Made by a program: the position numbers and the translations under genes. The notes beneath the pieces were generated by a model. It had not been told where the DNA came from, made no database searches, and saw only the letters and a list, made by a program, of their open reading frames with translations. From the human T2T-CHM13v2.0 reference genome, Homo sapiens: 64,000 nt of DNA. The stretch lies in assembly GCF_009914755.1 (NCBI RefSeq), contig NC_060934.1, one strand, 5' to 3'. Positions 13,530 through 31,404 of this stretch are shown here, piece after piece. Numbering within the stretch: the first letter of the stretch is position 1; each line of letters opens with the position of its first letter.

Positions 13530-15856
13530 TATAAGCCAACAATTTCAGTGATGGAAGAGAGGGCTAGCCAGGTTAAGAAAAGCTCTGGTTCACTCTTTCT
13601 AAGAAGGGACTAAGTCAGCGGTAAATTACAAGACAAAATTTTAACTACAAATAGCTACATTTTGAAATAAGTCTTAAATCTTTCTCCTTGCATGTGACAC
13701 ATTCTAGCTTTGAGACAATATGATGGTAAAAAGGAAGCTAATGAGGTTGGGAATTAGTGATGAGGGTTTCAAAATCATTTAAACAAGAACATAACATTTT
13801 TAAGGGTAAGATGGTAAACAATGTATTTCAGAAACTGTCTTAAGAAGCTGATATGTGTGTGAAGCCTGGTCAGTTGAAACTGGGTGCTGGGTCTGGGAGA
13901 AAGTAAAATATTAAGGATTGTATCCTTTTAGGATAATTAATATTTCCTAAATATACTGAATTACAGGGATTTCAAAAGAACTCAAATGCTATTACATATT
14001 GGATTTGGGTTTAAACTACTAAACTGTATTTCAGACAAAAGTCTGTTCAAGGGAAGATGATTTTATTAGATTGGAACCGACAGACAGTCAAAGGTGGGGA
14101 AATTGACAATGTCCATATCTCAGGACTACCAGATGGAATGGGCCTAGAACACAGCTGGGCTTCAGGGAGGGGAGCAGAGGGCACAGCTGAGCCTGGATGT
14201 GCATGCTCAGCTCTGCTCTTAGCTGCCTTGGTGACCAAGGCCCTGCCCCGAACACAGGATACAGAATAAGAGAAATCACATTCTAATCTGAGACAAAGTA
14301 AGAATATAAGAAAAAGCAATGAGTAGGTTAGTTAGTTTTACCTGAAAGACAGAATATAAAGGACCTGGGGAGGTCATGAAGACCCTAATTTAAATTATGC
14401 ACAAAAGAGAGAATCAGAGCCAGTACACCTCCAAGAGGAATTGGATGTGTCTCATGCCTTTCGTTTTTCCCATATTCTCTTGATGGCTGAGGGCACTGTA
14501 GGAATAACAGGCCATTTTCCTAGAAGTCCTTTGATTAAACTTCTCCTGCTTCCTCAACTTTCTGGAGGGAGAATCTGCAGCACTGAGCTCTCCCCACTAC
14601 ACCCCAAGCAGGACCCTGGAAATCTGTAGTGGAGTTGACTTACAAAGTTGCACAGTACGTTTCTGTAAACACAACCATCACTTTCCCTGGCAACCTGGGG
14701 CAGCACCTGGAGTGAGTGGCTAAGTGGGCCAAGGGCAGCCACCACATCAAGTGGGCTCAGCCCCTGCCCCCAACTCCCTTAGTCTGCACTGTTTCTTTTC
14801 CATTCTACCCACCTGGGAATTCTTGAAGGCTCCCTTTCCAACCCATTAGCTGCCATATGTCTTCCTCACAGTGAGGGTCTGCAGGTACCTTGCAGAACTT
14901 CCTGTTTCCCCTAATCCAGTTTTCATCCATGTGCTCTGGGTCAGAGCATGTATGCTGGCTGCCAATGTACTCCTACCCACCTCCTTGCACTTGTGGGATT
15001 ATTCTTACTGTACAATCCAGAGATATTTGCAATCAGAATCTAACAAGCCACAGAAGCAGCTTCCCCACTTCCTTGGGGTCAATTAAAAAGGTCACTTTTC
15101 TCCTTGCGTAAGTCCCAAACCTGTGTGATCAGTCAGTTCTAGAAGTTTCATGCCAGGCCCTGCTCTTGTCCTGTTGGTCCTCCTGGGTCTCTTGTAGTGC
15201 CACAGGGGTGAGTATAGGGATGCATCCACTCCCTGCTCACTGATGTCAGGCTGCACACACCAGGCTGCATTTCCTGGCTGCACACATCAGGTCAGTCTCT
15301 GTACTACTATGAGACACCCCGACCTCGGGACCTTCTTAAGTGTGCAGAGGGCAATCCAAGTGGCTTCTTGGAAAACAAACTTTCCCTTTGTCCTGGGCAA
15401 AGATTCCCTCCAGTAGTGCAGCCAATGAGCAGAAGAAGCAAGATAATGTATATACAACACTATTAGAAGTCAGCAAGTCAGCAGCACAGACAAAAGTAAC
15501 ACATCATACACAGATGCTCACTGAGTGCACGGGCTCAAAATAAGCCTTTTGTATTTTATTACTTTTTAAGTTTATATTGTGAAATATATCTTATGTACAA
15601 ACATTACATACATTAAATATGAATAATAAAATGATTTCAGTGCGCCTTTCATCAAGCTAAGAAATAAAATATTACCCACATCTTGGTTGGATGCCTCCTT
15701 CTCAAAAGCTTACTCCTTCCTCCTCACAGAAGCAGCCTTCATCATGCTCTGATTAGTGTAGCGTAACCCAAATAACATACAGTTTAGTCTCATTTATTCT
15801 GTTTAGCTTTGGGTAAGCTAAACAATGTGTATGCCTCTTGCAACTGTGTTCTAACA

Positions 15857-16011
15857 CGCTGTTTCTCAAACTTCGTTGTGTATCAGTACCACTTGGGAAC
15901 TTAATAAAATTACAAAACTCCAGTCCTGTCCCACTTCAACAAGCAACGTCTCTGGGTACCCCATTAGCTTTCCAGATAATTCCAATACTCACCACCATTT
16001 AATAACCACTG
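15857..16011. mobile_element. MER5-family hAT-Charlie MITE
   Basis: gtttctcaaactt...tatcagtaccacttgggaactt...ttaataaccactg. Confidence 0.55.
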
Positions 16012-16838
16012 GTTGAACATTAAGCATTAGTGATTGATTCATGGCTGATAGGTGCAGCTCAGCTCTAGTTTATTCATTTTCAAAGCTGTGCACAATCACA
16101 TTGTATGACTATATTACAATTTATTCACCCTATTGTTGATTACCATTTGACTGTTTTGTTTGTTTGCCCTTACAAAGTTTCCATGTACATTGTCTTGTGC
16201 ATGTGTCTTGGTGTGCTTGAGTAAGAATTTCTTTAGGATATATATCTAGAATTAAAGTTCCTTGATTAGAAAATAGGAACATATTCAAATTTACTAGGTA
16301 ACAGCAAATATGTAAAGTGTAAAATAAATTTATATATTTGGGTTGATTTCTGTCATATTATTTATATTCTATATTTTGCTATTTTTTCATTTTTCCTTTT
16401 TATAAAGTGGTTTTACAAAGTTATAATCATATGTGGTAAGGGAGTTTCTGTTGCTCTACCTCCTTGCCTACACCTGATATTGTATGACTTCCTAATATTT
16501 GACAGTCTGGTAAGTATGCATTGGAGCATTGTTAAATTTTATTTTCACTTCCCTAATTCTTAATAAGGTTGAATATCTTTTATACACTTATGAATCATTT
16601 GTATTGCCTTTCCTGCATTTGTGCTTTTGTCCAATTTCCACTGAGTTGGTTCTCTTGCATGTTAATTTGTGGGAATATATTTTTTTATTCTAGATACAAA
16701 GCCTTTGTCACCTGCTACGGGTATCTTCTCCACGTTCAGGAATGTTTGTTAGAACCAGGCTACAAACCCATCTAACTTTGGTTCTTTGTGGAAAGGCTGG
16801 CTTTGTAGCTTACCGTGTGGTCAGTTTGTACTACATGA

Positions 16839-17282
<444 letters not shown>

Positions 17283-18219
17283 AGGGGGTTTTTTTATTCG
17301 TTACACACAGTATAGAAAGACAGCCCTTGCTGAATTAAATGTTACCATCATATAGATACCCTATTTATTTCTAGTAACACATCTTGCCTTATGGTCTATT
17401 GTGTCTGATATTAATATAGCTACATGAGTTTTATTTGGTTAGCATCTGCCTGCTCTAACGTTTTCCATCTCTTTGCCATCAGTCTTTCTCTGTCTCACAT
17501 TTTAGTTGGAATGCCTGTAAACCTAATATACTAGATATTTTACATCCATATTTGAATTTTTAGTAGAAATTTCAATCCATTTATATTCATTATGATTATT
17601 TATATATTTGGATTGATTTCTATAACATTATTTATATTATACATTTTGGAGTTTTCTCTTTATTCCTTGTTTGTTTCCCTTTAAAATGATTTGTTTCCTA
17701 TCTTTACTTATTTACCTACCCTTGGCAGTTATGTTTTCTATGTTATCTTTTATTGGTTATGCTAGATATTTTAATATGCATATCTAATAAAGTGTGAAGT
17801 TAATCAGTATTTTTACTCTCTTCTTTAATGTTTACTTCCAATCACCATTATCCCAACTAACACGCTAAAAACCTCCAGTATTTTAATTCAATCTTTCTTT
17901 GTATTTTCCCATTACACATTATTTCTATTGTTTGATACAGCCAATATTTATCTATGTAACCAATATTCATTAGTTTATTGGTAAGGCTTCTTTTAGAGAC
18001 CTCAGACCTTATATCTGGGGTCATCTTCCTTCTCCTGAAGTATATGATTGAGAATTTCCTTTAATTTGGGTTTGTTGGTGATAAACTCAGTTTTTGTTTG
18101 CTGGGAAATGCCTTTATTTTTATCTCACTCTTGAAAGATATAATTCTAAGTCGACTACTATTTTCTCTTAGACATGGAAAGTAATATGGCACTGACTTCT
18201 AGCTTCCACTGCTGTCCAG

Positions 18220-18701
18220 TGTGTAAGTTTCCCACAGCTGCATTAACAAATTATCATAAACTTAGTGCTTCAGAATAACAGAGTTTTATTCTATCATATT
18301 TCTGGAGACCATAAGACCAAAATCCATTTCACTGGGCTGAAATCTCGGTGGTGGCCAGGATGCCCTCCTTTGGAGACCCTGGGGGAGACATGTTTCTCAC
18401 TTCTTCCAGCTTCTGGTGGCCGTCAGCATTCCCTGGCTTGTAGCTGCATCATTCCAAGCTCTGCCTCTGTGGTTGCATCACCTCTTCTTCTTTCATACAG
18501 TCAAACCTCCCTTTGTGTTCCTCTTATAAAGATGCTGGGATTGCATTTAACACCTATCCAGATAACCCAAGATAATCGCCCCATCTCAAGATCATTAACT
18601 TCATCATATCTGCAAAATGTCCTTTGCCATATAAGGTAATACTAACAGGTTCTAGGATTAGGCCTTGGATATCTTTGGAGTCCATTATTCAGCCCACTGC
18701 A
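18220..18701 (-). mobile_element. MaLR solo LTR (MLT1C-like) with perfect 5-bp TSD TCCAG
   Basis: TG...CA termini; TCCAG at 18215-18219 and 18702-18706; motifs cttccagcttctggtggc, ccatctcaagatc and atctgcaaa...tttgccatataaggt. Confidence 0.85.
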
Positions 18702-18916
18702 TCCAGATATTAAGAATCATTTTGGGGTGGAGCCAAGATGGCTGAATAGGAACAGCTCCGGTCTACAGCTCCCAGCGTGAGTGACACAGAAGACAGGTGA
18801 TTTCTGCATTTCCATCTGGGGTACCGGGTTCATCTCACTAGGGAGTGCCAGACAGTGGGTGCAGGACAGTGGATGCAGCGCACCGTGTGCCAGCCGAAGG
18901 AGGGCGAGGCATTGCC

Positions 18917-19174
18917 TCACTCGGAAGTGCAAGGGGTCAGGGAGTTCCCTTTCCTAGTCAAAGAAAGGGGTGACAGATGGCACCTGGAAAATCGGGTCAC
19001 ACCCACCCCAATACTGCGCTTTTCCAATGGGCTTAAAAAATTGCACACCAGGAGATTATATCCTGCACCTGGCTCGGAGGGTCCTACGCCCACGGAGTCT
19101 CGCTGATTGCTAGCACAGCAGTCTGAGATCAAACTGCAAGGCGGCAGTAAGGCTGGGGGAGGGGCGCCTGCCAT
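18917..19174 (-). CDS. L1 antisense ORF0, open, 85 aa
   Basis: MAGAPPPALLPPCSLISDCCASNQRDSVGVGPSEPG...VGVTRFSRC matches primate L1 ORF0p. The ATG is in strong context (GGGCAATGG). Expression is not shown by the sequence. Confidence 0.7.
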   Translation of the reverse strand: MAGAPPPALLPPCSLISDCCASNQRDSVGVGPSEPGAGYNLLVCNFLSPLEKRSIGVGVTRFSRCHLSPLSLTRKGNSLTPCTSE

Positions 19175-19768
19175 TGCCCAGGCTTGCTTAGGTAAACAAA
19201 GCAGCAGGGAAGCTCCAACTGGGTGGAGCCCACCACAGCTCAGGGAGGCCTGCCTGCCTCTGTAGGCTCCACCTCTGGGGGCAGGGCACAGACAAACAAA
19301 AACACAGCAGTAACCTCTGCAGACTTAAATGTCCCTGTTTGACAGCTTTGAAGAGAGCAGTGGTTCTCCCAGCACACAGCTGGAGATCTGAGAACGGGCA
19401 GACTGCCTCCTCAAGTGGGTCCCTGACCCCCGAGCAGCCTAACTGGGAGGCACCCCCCAGTAGGGGCAGACTGACACCTCACAGGGCTGGGTACTCCTCT
19501 GAGACAAAACTTCCAGAGGAACAATCAGGCAGCAGCATTTGCGGGTCACCAAAATCCACTGTTCTACAGCCACCGCTGTTCTGCAGCCACCGCTGCTGAC
19601 ACCCAGGCAAACAGGGTCTGGAGTGGACCTCTAGCAAACTCCAACAGACCTCCAGCTGAGTGTCCTGTCTGTTAGAAGGAAAACTAACAAAAAGAAAAGG
19701 ACATCCACACCAAAAACCCATCTGTACGTCACCATCATCAAAGACCAAAAGTAGATAAAACCACAAAG

Positions 19769-20784
19769 ATGGGGAAAAAACAGAGCAGAAAAACTGGAAA
19801 CTCTAAAAAGCAGAGCACCTCTCCTCCTCCAAAGGAACGCAGCTCCTCACCAGCAACGGAACAAAGCTGAACGGAGAATGACCTTGACGAGTTGAGAGAA
19901 GAAGGCTTCAGACGATGAAAATACTCCGAGCTATAGGAGGAAATTCAAACCAATGGCAAAGAAGTTAGAAACTTCAAAAAAAATTAGACAAATGGATAAC
20001 TAGAATAACCAATGCACAGAAGTCCTTAAAGGAGCTGATGGAGCTGAAAGCCAAGGCTTGAGAACTACGTGAAGAATGCAGAAGCCTCAGGAGCCGATGC
20101 AATCGACTGGAAGAAAGGGTATCAGTGATGGAAGACGAAATGAATGAAATGAAGCGAGAAGAGGAGTTTAGAGAAAAACGAATAAAAAGAAAGGAACAAA
20201 ACCTCCAAGAAATATGGGACTATGTGAAAAGACCAAATCTACGTCTGATTGGTGTACCTGAAAGTGACGGGGAGAATGGAACCAAGTTGGAAAACACCCT
20301 GCAGGGTATTATCCAGGAGAACTTCCCCAATCTAGCAAGGCAGGCCAACATTCAGATTCAGGAAATACAGAGAACGCCACAAAGATACTCCTCAAGAAGA
20401 GCAACTCCAAGACACATAATTGTCAGATTCACCAAAGTTGAAATGAAGGAAAAAATGTTAAGGGCAGCCAGAGAGAAAGGTCGGGTTACCCACAAAGGGA
20501 AGCCCATCAGACTAACAGCAGATCTCTCAGCAGAAACTCTACAAGCCAGAAGAGAGTGGGGGCCAATATTCAACATTCTTAAAGAAAAGAATTTTCAATC
20601 CAGAATTTCATATCCAGCCAAACTAAGATTCATAAGTGAAGGAGAAATAAAATACTTTACAGACAAGCAAATGCTGAGAGATTTTGTCACCACCAGGCCT
20701 GCCCTAAAAGAGCTCCTGAAGGAAGCACTGAACATGGAAAGGAACAACCGGTACCAGCCACTGCAAAATCATGCCAAAATGTAA
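19769..20784 (+). pseudogene. L1 ORF1 (RNA-binding protein), disrupted
   Basis: ATG at 19769; in-frame stops at 19868 (TGA), 19916 (TGA) and 19934 (TAG); net 1-nt deletion. The C-terminal part is intact in ORF 20125..20784. Confidence 0.93.
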
Positions 20785-20847
20785 AGACCATCAAGGCTAG
20801 GAATAAACTGCATCAACTAACGAGCAAAATAACCAGCTAACATCATA

Positions 20848-24672
<3,825 letters not shown>

Positions 24673-24907
24673 ACAATGAGAACACATGGACACAGGAAGG
24701 GGAACATCACACTCCCGGAACTGTTGTGGGGTTGGGGGAGGGGGAAGGGATAGCATTAGGAGACACACCTAATGTTAAATGACAAGTTAATGGGTGCAGC
24801 ACACCAACATGGCACATGTATACATATGTAACAAACGTGCACATTGTGCACATGTACCCTAAAACTTAAAGTGTAATAATAATAATATTTTTTTAAAAAA
24901 TCATTTT

Positions 24908-25615
24908 AACTGTCATTCCCTTGTAGATGATATGCCTTTTCTGTTTGGATGCTTTTTTAGGTTTTTGCTTGTCTTTGGTGTTCTACAGTAGCATGTTATG
25001 CTATACCCAGATATGGACTTTTAATTTTTACTCTGTTTCTGATTCTTGGGATTCCTGAGTATGGAGTTTGATTTCTTTCAATAATTCTAGAAATTAGAAG
25101 CCTTAACATTGTTTATTATTTTTTCTTCTCCATTATGTCATATTTCGTTTTAGAAGTCCAATAAAAATATGTAGGACGTTTTCATTCTACCTTCCATGTA
25201 TGTTAACTTCTTCATATTTTCCATCTCTTTGTTTCTCTAGGCCTCATTCTAAACAATTTCTTCATATTTTCCAGTTCACTAATTCTTTCTGCGTATGTAT
25301 CCACTTTGGTGTTCAACCTCTAAGATTTTTAACTTCAACTGTTAGATTCTTAATTTTCTGATGTTCTGTTCATTTCCTTTTCTATTTTGCTTTTTAAATG
25401 CCTTTTATTCCTTGCTCATATTTTCCAGTATCTATTTTTGAAACATATTTAAGCACACTTATTTAATATTCTACGTCAGATACTTCTAAATACGTAAAGT
25501 CATTTCAGATCTGATTAAACTGCACTTTATTGTTTCTTGGTTCTCACTCATGGTGACTTTTTTCTTTCCTTCGTTTTCCTTTGTCCTTCTCTCTCTGTCT
25601 CTCTCTCTCTCTCTG

Positions 25616-25647
<32 letters not shown>

Positions 25648-26340
25648 TCTCTCCTCTTCCCTCCCTCTCTCCCATCTTCTCTTTCTTCCTTGTTTTTTTC
25701 CGTCATGTACGTAATCTCATTTTCCTTAAAACTGCCTTATGAAGCCTTTGATTCACATTACTTCAAAAACTATTTATGCTGACTTCAAATACCTAACTAG
25801 GAGCACTAGTTATCTATAACCACTACAAATCTATAACCACTACAAATTTAAGTTTTCCTTTCAGCTTTTTAAAGACACCGTAAATAGTGGAAACTGGGAT
25901 CACAAACCTGCATGGGAGTTATCAGTTCTGAAGAAAACTCCCCGCTCCATGCAACTCCAGTCAAGACTGAACATTTTCCTTGCCATCTCCTTCTGCATAG
26001 TGTGTTCATTTCTCATAATCCTTACACTGAAGATAGAAGTTTCCAGCTTTATGTAGAAATCTCTCATCAGGCTCCACATTTGTTTAGTTCTTAGACTTTA
26101 TCTCATACGTCCTATTCCTTGCACAATCATAAGAAAAAATCTCAGGGTTTTCACAGTTGGGCAAATACATGCAAGGCAAAAATTAAATCTGAAGCTCACA
26201 TATTGCTGGGAGTTCCTATTACCACTTTACATTTGGCCTTCATAGATGTTACTCTTGATGGACTCTATTTTTAAGTATTTTTAAATGTATTATATCTGGC
26301 TTTTTTGGTCATTTTTCCTTTTGTGAGTGTCATTCAGGCT
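24908..26340 (-). mobile_element. Continuation of the ancient antisense L1M
   Basis: tgtcattcccttgtagatgatatgccttttctg...tttccagttcactaattctttct resembles antisense L1M ORF1/5' sequence and is contiguous with 18214 once the inserts are removed. Confidence 0.55.
25586..25660 (+). repeat. (CT)n/(TCTG) microsatellite
   Basis: ctctctctgtctctctctct..., read directly from the sequence. Confidence 0.9.
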
Positions 26341-28029
26341 AATTATTCTTCCATGAAGACATACTACTAAACCTTTTGTATGGAATTTAAATTCTTTAGC
26401 TCATGACCCTGGTCTTTTTCTGGGACACACACCTGCCTCCCAAATAGCTCCCTATATGTTTTGACTTTGTGACTGACTAAACCTCAGTTATTATGCTATA
26501 ATTTATATTTGTTTCATTTGGCTGTCTCTTCTTAAGTTTCTTGTCATTAATATTAGAAAGAGGGCTATTTCTGAGGGGCCCAAGAGAAGCATGTGCACTC
26601 TCCTCCATTTGGCCAAATCTGAATTGTATTCTTGAATCATCTCATTATCGTGACTGAAAGAATGTAAACATTCTGCAGCTTCCACCTTATTTTGTTTGTT
26701 GCTTCAGAAATATATCCCTAAATTTCTGTTACTTCCTCTCCTACAATCTAATAGGTTCCACCCATAAATCCTATTTCATCAGTACTGCTCATTAAAGAGA
26801 TCAGCCCTGTGAGAGATGATGGTAACTTAAGCTAAGGTGGCTGCAAATGGTCATCTTTAGAACTAGGTAAAATTTAGAATTTGGGGCATTAACTGTTGAT
26901 GAAATTGGAATTGACTGATGGCAAAATACTGATGGATCTACCTCCATTTTCAATGGGAGAAGTATTTGCAATTTAAAAACCAGAATATTGTAACAACAAA
27001 AACAAGTAGAGAAGAAATGAGGGATGGAGTTTCAAGTTAACATCATATCCTTTTTACCAGTCATCAGAAAGTAAAAAAAAAGACTCTTTTATTGCCTTAT
27101 ACCATACTTAATAAAAGATTTCTGTGAATACACTAAAATATGAGAAATTGCTTCATGCACTACATAATAAAAAGAATCGCTGTCTCTAATTCTCTACTGA
27201 GAATGCACTGAATCTTAGAAAATCTGCATTTTGAATCAAATAAATTAAGAAACCTCTGCAAATCTCTACTTCACTTGCAAAGTGTTAAGACCAAAGAAAA
27301 GTTAGAATTCTGAAGAAAAGCCAATCCTCACATCCTCCCAAAAGGTACATGCTTAATTCACTGATTCGAAGCAAAACTGTCCTTTTTATAGTGTGCACTA
27401 AGGAAGGGGATAAGATGTGATTTCCCCTGTTCAGAGGAACATGTATATTCAGCCAGGGTATATGGCTGGCTTCAGGAGGACTTGCCATTCCAAAAAGTGT
27501 AAAGTGTGTATGTGCATTTTCCTGTGGAGAAAGCCCATAGACTATATTGGATTTTCAAAGAAGCCTTTAATCAAAACAAAAATGTGATGAATTACTGATA
27601 TGGAGGCTAGTAATGGTTTCTAAAGTGCTCCTTTTTGCTAATTATGAGAACAATAAAAATGATGATAATACCAATGGGATAATTTGGAGACACAAGAGTT
27701 TCACTAACTGTCAGATTCAGCTATTTCTTCCTCACATCCATTCAGGCCTCTGATGTAATAACAGAAAAAGAAATAATAGAAGAAGTAATTGAATTAATAT
27801 GATGGACTACCATGCAGCTAGAAAGATGACTGAATACATCTGCAGTGTTACTTCGTCACCTGCACAGATGTGGATGACAGAGTTAAGGAAAGCAGAAAAG
27901 AAAGGAAAAGAGGAATAAGTTACAGAGTGATAAATAAATACATTTATAGTAAAGATACATGTATAGTATAATATAATAAAAACTTAGATGAGGACACACC
28001 CAGCTTCAGGACAGTAGCTGTCCCTGGGG

Positions 28030-28562
28030 GAAAAGAGGAAGCTAACCAGCAGATCTGGTGCCTGCCTGAGACTCTTGCCCACTTCCTCCATGCTAGGGCA
28101 ACCCCAGGGGGCTCTCCCCTCCAGGATACCCAGAACCAGAGCTGTGTCCTGCCTGGTCCCAGACCCAGAGCTGTGTCCTGCCTGGTCCCAGACCACCTGG
28201 GTTGTCCCAGTTTTAAGAGACAGCCATGGCCCCACTTCTGGTTGTTGAGACATAAGGGGGTTCTCCATGCTGGATTTTTTAGATGGTTTTCTGAATCCTA
28301 AGAAGAAGACCTAGAAGAGACAGCACCTTTCTGCCTCTGGATGTTTGAGTCCTGAGCAGAGTCCACTTGAGGGCCAGTCCATCACACTGCAAAGATCAGG
28401 GAACCCGAAGATGCCACTTAGCCTCTGAATTGCCCTACCTTGAAATCTTATGAATTGTCTCTGAACCATTTGTAAAGTGAAGTAATAAATTTTTAGACCA
28501 TTCAAGGAAATTTGACTCATATTTTTCTGTTACTGTAGTCAAAACAACCTTACTGATTCACA
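28030..28562 (+). mobile_element. Old MaLR LTR (MLT1J/K-like), approximate
   Basis: The 3' end gtgaagtaataaa...tttttctgttactgtagtcaaaacaaccttactgattca is typical of old MLT1 LTRs. It is flanked by L1ME-like sequence. Confidence 0.45.
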
Positions 28563-29547
28563 CTCTCATGGGACTTGAAATGGGGTACAGGGCAGATTTT
28601 CACTGTATCCAAAACAGCCAATTTCTCCAAATACGAGATCTCAAATATGGCAAAATTTCAATGATGGACATGTGGGTGTTTGTTATATTACTCTCTGTAT
28701 CTTTTAAGCTTCTTAGAAATATTTCATTGAAAACAGAGAAAGAGTAACTGCAAAGGTCTCACTTCAAGCCAGGTTGAGGGACAAAGAGGATAAATTTTTA
28801 TAATGAAGGGAAATTTTCAAAGCCACAAATAAAATAGTAAGGATCTCTTTTTTTCAAAATATATATTTTGGCAAACCAGGTGCAAAACTCATGCACAGAT
28901 AAGTTTTTGTCTGATCTGCAAAACTTCAGTAAAATTTTGGAAAGTTCCGATATCAGAGAAAAATATTATTAAACATTTATATAAATCTCTAAACTTATAC
29001 AGGGCTATGCAATCACATTATTAGTCATTTCCTTTTATTCCTTAGGAAGACCTAGATCTATCAAACATCTGTGTGATACCAGCATTACTCCATTTCTGGA
29101 GAAATAATAAAGTTTATTTTCCTCTTCCAAACCATGGTGTCAGTAATCTAAGTTGATGACAGTAGAGAAACTTCAGGCAAGGCCAGCTTAAGAAAAGTTG
29201 AGAAAATAAAAGAATTCAATAAAGACGTGATGACAGAATAACTCCCACTGAAGTCAACAGGGTTTTCAGAATGTGTGTTGCATTCAGGTCCCTATAGACC
29301 ACCTAGGGCAAGGCAGACCAAGGCTCCATGGAGATCAGGACATCCTGAGTAGGAAGAGAGGGTGGGAGACAAAGCTTGGCACTGATTACATCTCCAGGAC
29401 AGAGGACAGTGGAAGAAGGGGCATCTTCTGAGTAGTCATCCTGACCAGAGGCACATCATCTCATTAGCTGCCCCCTAAAAACTTATGGGGTATGCATGAG
29501 TCTCCCTGGTTTGCACAGGCCACAGCAACTTGCCAAAGAGGGTTCTT

Positions 29548-29711
29548 TTGTTTCCTAAAGTGAGATCCATGGGCCAACAGTATCAGCATCATCTCAGAGC
29601 TTGTCAGAAATGCAAAGTCTCAGGCCCCACCCTAAACCTATCTCATCAGAATCTGCATTTTAACAAGATCCCCAGGTGACTTATGGGCACATTAATGTTT
29701 GAGAAGCCCTG
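29548..29711. mobile_element. MER5A-type hAT-Charlie MITE
   Basis: cagcatcatctcagagcttgtcagaaatgcaaagtctcaggccccaccc...catttaacaagatccccaggtga...tttgagaagccctg. Confidence 0.8.
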
Positions 29712-29714
29712 GTC

Positions 29715-29945
29715 TAAGATATTATGCAGAGAAGTGATGAGCGTAGGGTCTGAAATCAGATGGATTTGACTTCCAACCCCGCCTTCTTCTCTTCCTGATG
29801 GTGTAACTTGGACAAGGCACTTAATTTCTTTGAGCATCATTTATAAATGGAATAATAGTACTTCCTAGGGTTTTGACAAAGTTCAGTGGCTTTAATTCAA
29901 TAGGATACAATGTGTCTAGCCCGAAGTTTTGCAGTGAGTCCTCCT
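29715..29945 (+). mobile_element. MIR SINE
   Basis: tgtaacttggacaaggcacttaatttctttgagc...ataaatggaataatagtacttcctagggtt. Confidence 0.7.
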
Positions 29946-31404
29946 TATCCATCTAACTTAAAAACTAAACGTCTTTCTACAACCTTTGATGCCCATCAAA
30001 GACCTGCCTCTACCTGGCCTCCATGCAAGCCAGAGCAGCCCTTTTTCTGCCCTTCCCATCATCCCATTCCTCCTACAGCCTCTTCTACACCCTTAAGGAA
30101 GCCCATAGCAGACCATCCCAATTTTCAATTAGCTCTTTACTGTTCCTCACCTCCAGGAAATCTTAGGTACCCTTGACCCCTTGCCAGGACATCAAAACAG
30201 GACTCAACAATTCTGTTATGAAATAAATGAGCCATTGTTTGAAAAGTAGTTCAGCTTCCTTTGTTTGTATAAATGACGCAATAGCTTCTGCTCACTGTAG
30301 AGCCAGCACTCTGCCTGCCCTCATACTCTGGCTGCCCAGCATTCAGCTAGCAGAGCTGCCTCTCATCCACCTCCTCCATCACAGCCCATTCCCAAGCGTG
30401 GGCCCAGTCAGCACAGACAGCAATCTGCAGCAGTCTCCTCTCCCTAAAGACTAGCACGTGGAGGAACAGGCTCTCTGCTCAGTTCTGGCAAACCCTTCCC
30501 AGATCTACTGGTTTACAAGGAGAACCTGGTATACCAGCCAGAGAAGTCCAAAGTCCTAAGAACTTTACATTTTGAGAAGCTTACCCCATTTTATCAATCA
30601 ACTTGTATTTCTTCACATTTTACTCTATTTTGTTCAATCATATTTAACCATAAGCACAAGGTGGACATCTCCCTGCCAATGAGACTAGGGACCTACACTG
30701 AGGACAGTGACTCGAGCTCCTCTGGCTGGTTGGTTATTTATAGGTGATGGACGTGTTTAGGTGGGCTGTCTGTGAGATTTATCCATCTTCTCCTCAGTTC
30801 TCTCCTCATCCCTTTTTTCTTGTCACCTACTTTTACTTTCTGCTTTCCTTTTGTTTTTACTATTTCCTTTGTCTCTCACTCTTCCTCCCTCTCTCTTTTT
30901 CTTTTCCCTCTTTTTCCTTCATCTTCTCTGAGCTTCCTGCTTCTGCCATAGAAAATTCTACCTAGCAAATTCTAAATTCTCAAAACTCCATTTCACCCAT
31001 CCCTGCTCATTCAATTTCCTTTAATTCCAATGGACTCAGAACATTCAGGGTAGGTCAAAGCAATTCCCAAAAGTGGTTTATCAATTGCTAACCTTACTCT
31101 GACTTTTTCAGATGTGATATTCCTGAAATATGCTCTAAGTTGCATCTGAAATGTAAACTTCTGCAGGTCTACTTGGATTTTAAAAGCACTGGAATAACTG
31201 TTGGGACAAGTTAAAACAGCTTTGCCTGGCATTTGGAGGGACGGCAAATCTAGAGTGTTTGCAGTTCAACAATCAAGGCAGAGGCTGAGTGGGAAGTTAT
31301 CCAGGTAACGGGTTTCAGCAGTCACAGGCAGAGACATGCCCCTTTCTGCAATCCCCTGCACCCAACAGAGCAATGTGGAAATAGGCCCAGAAAAGGAGTT
31401 TCAA

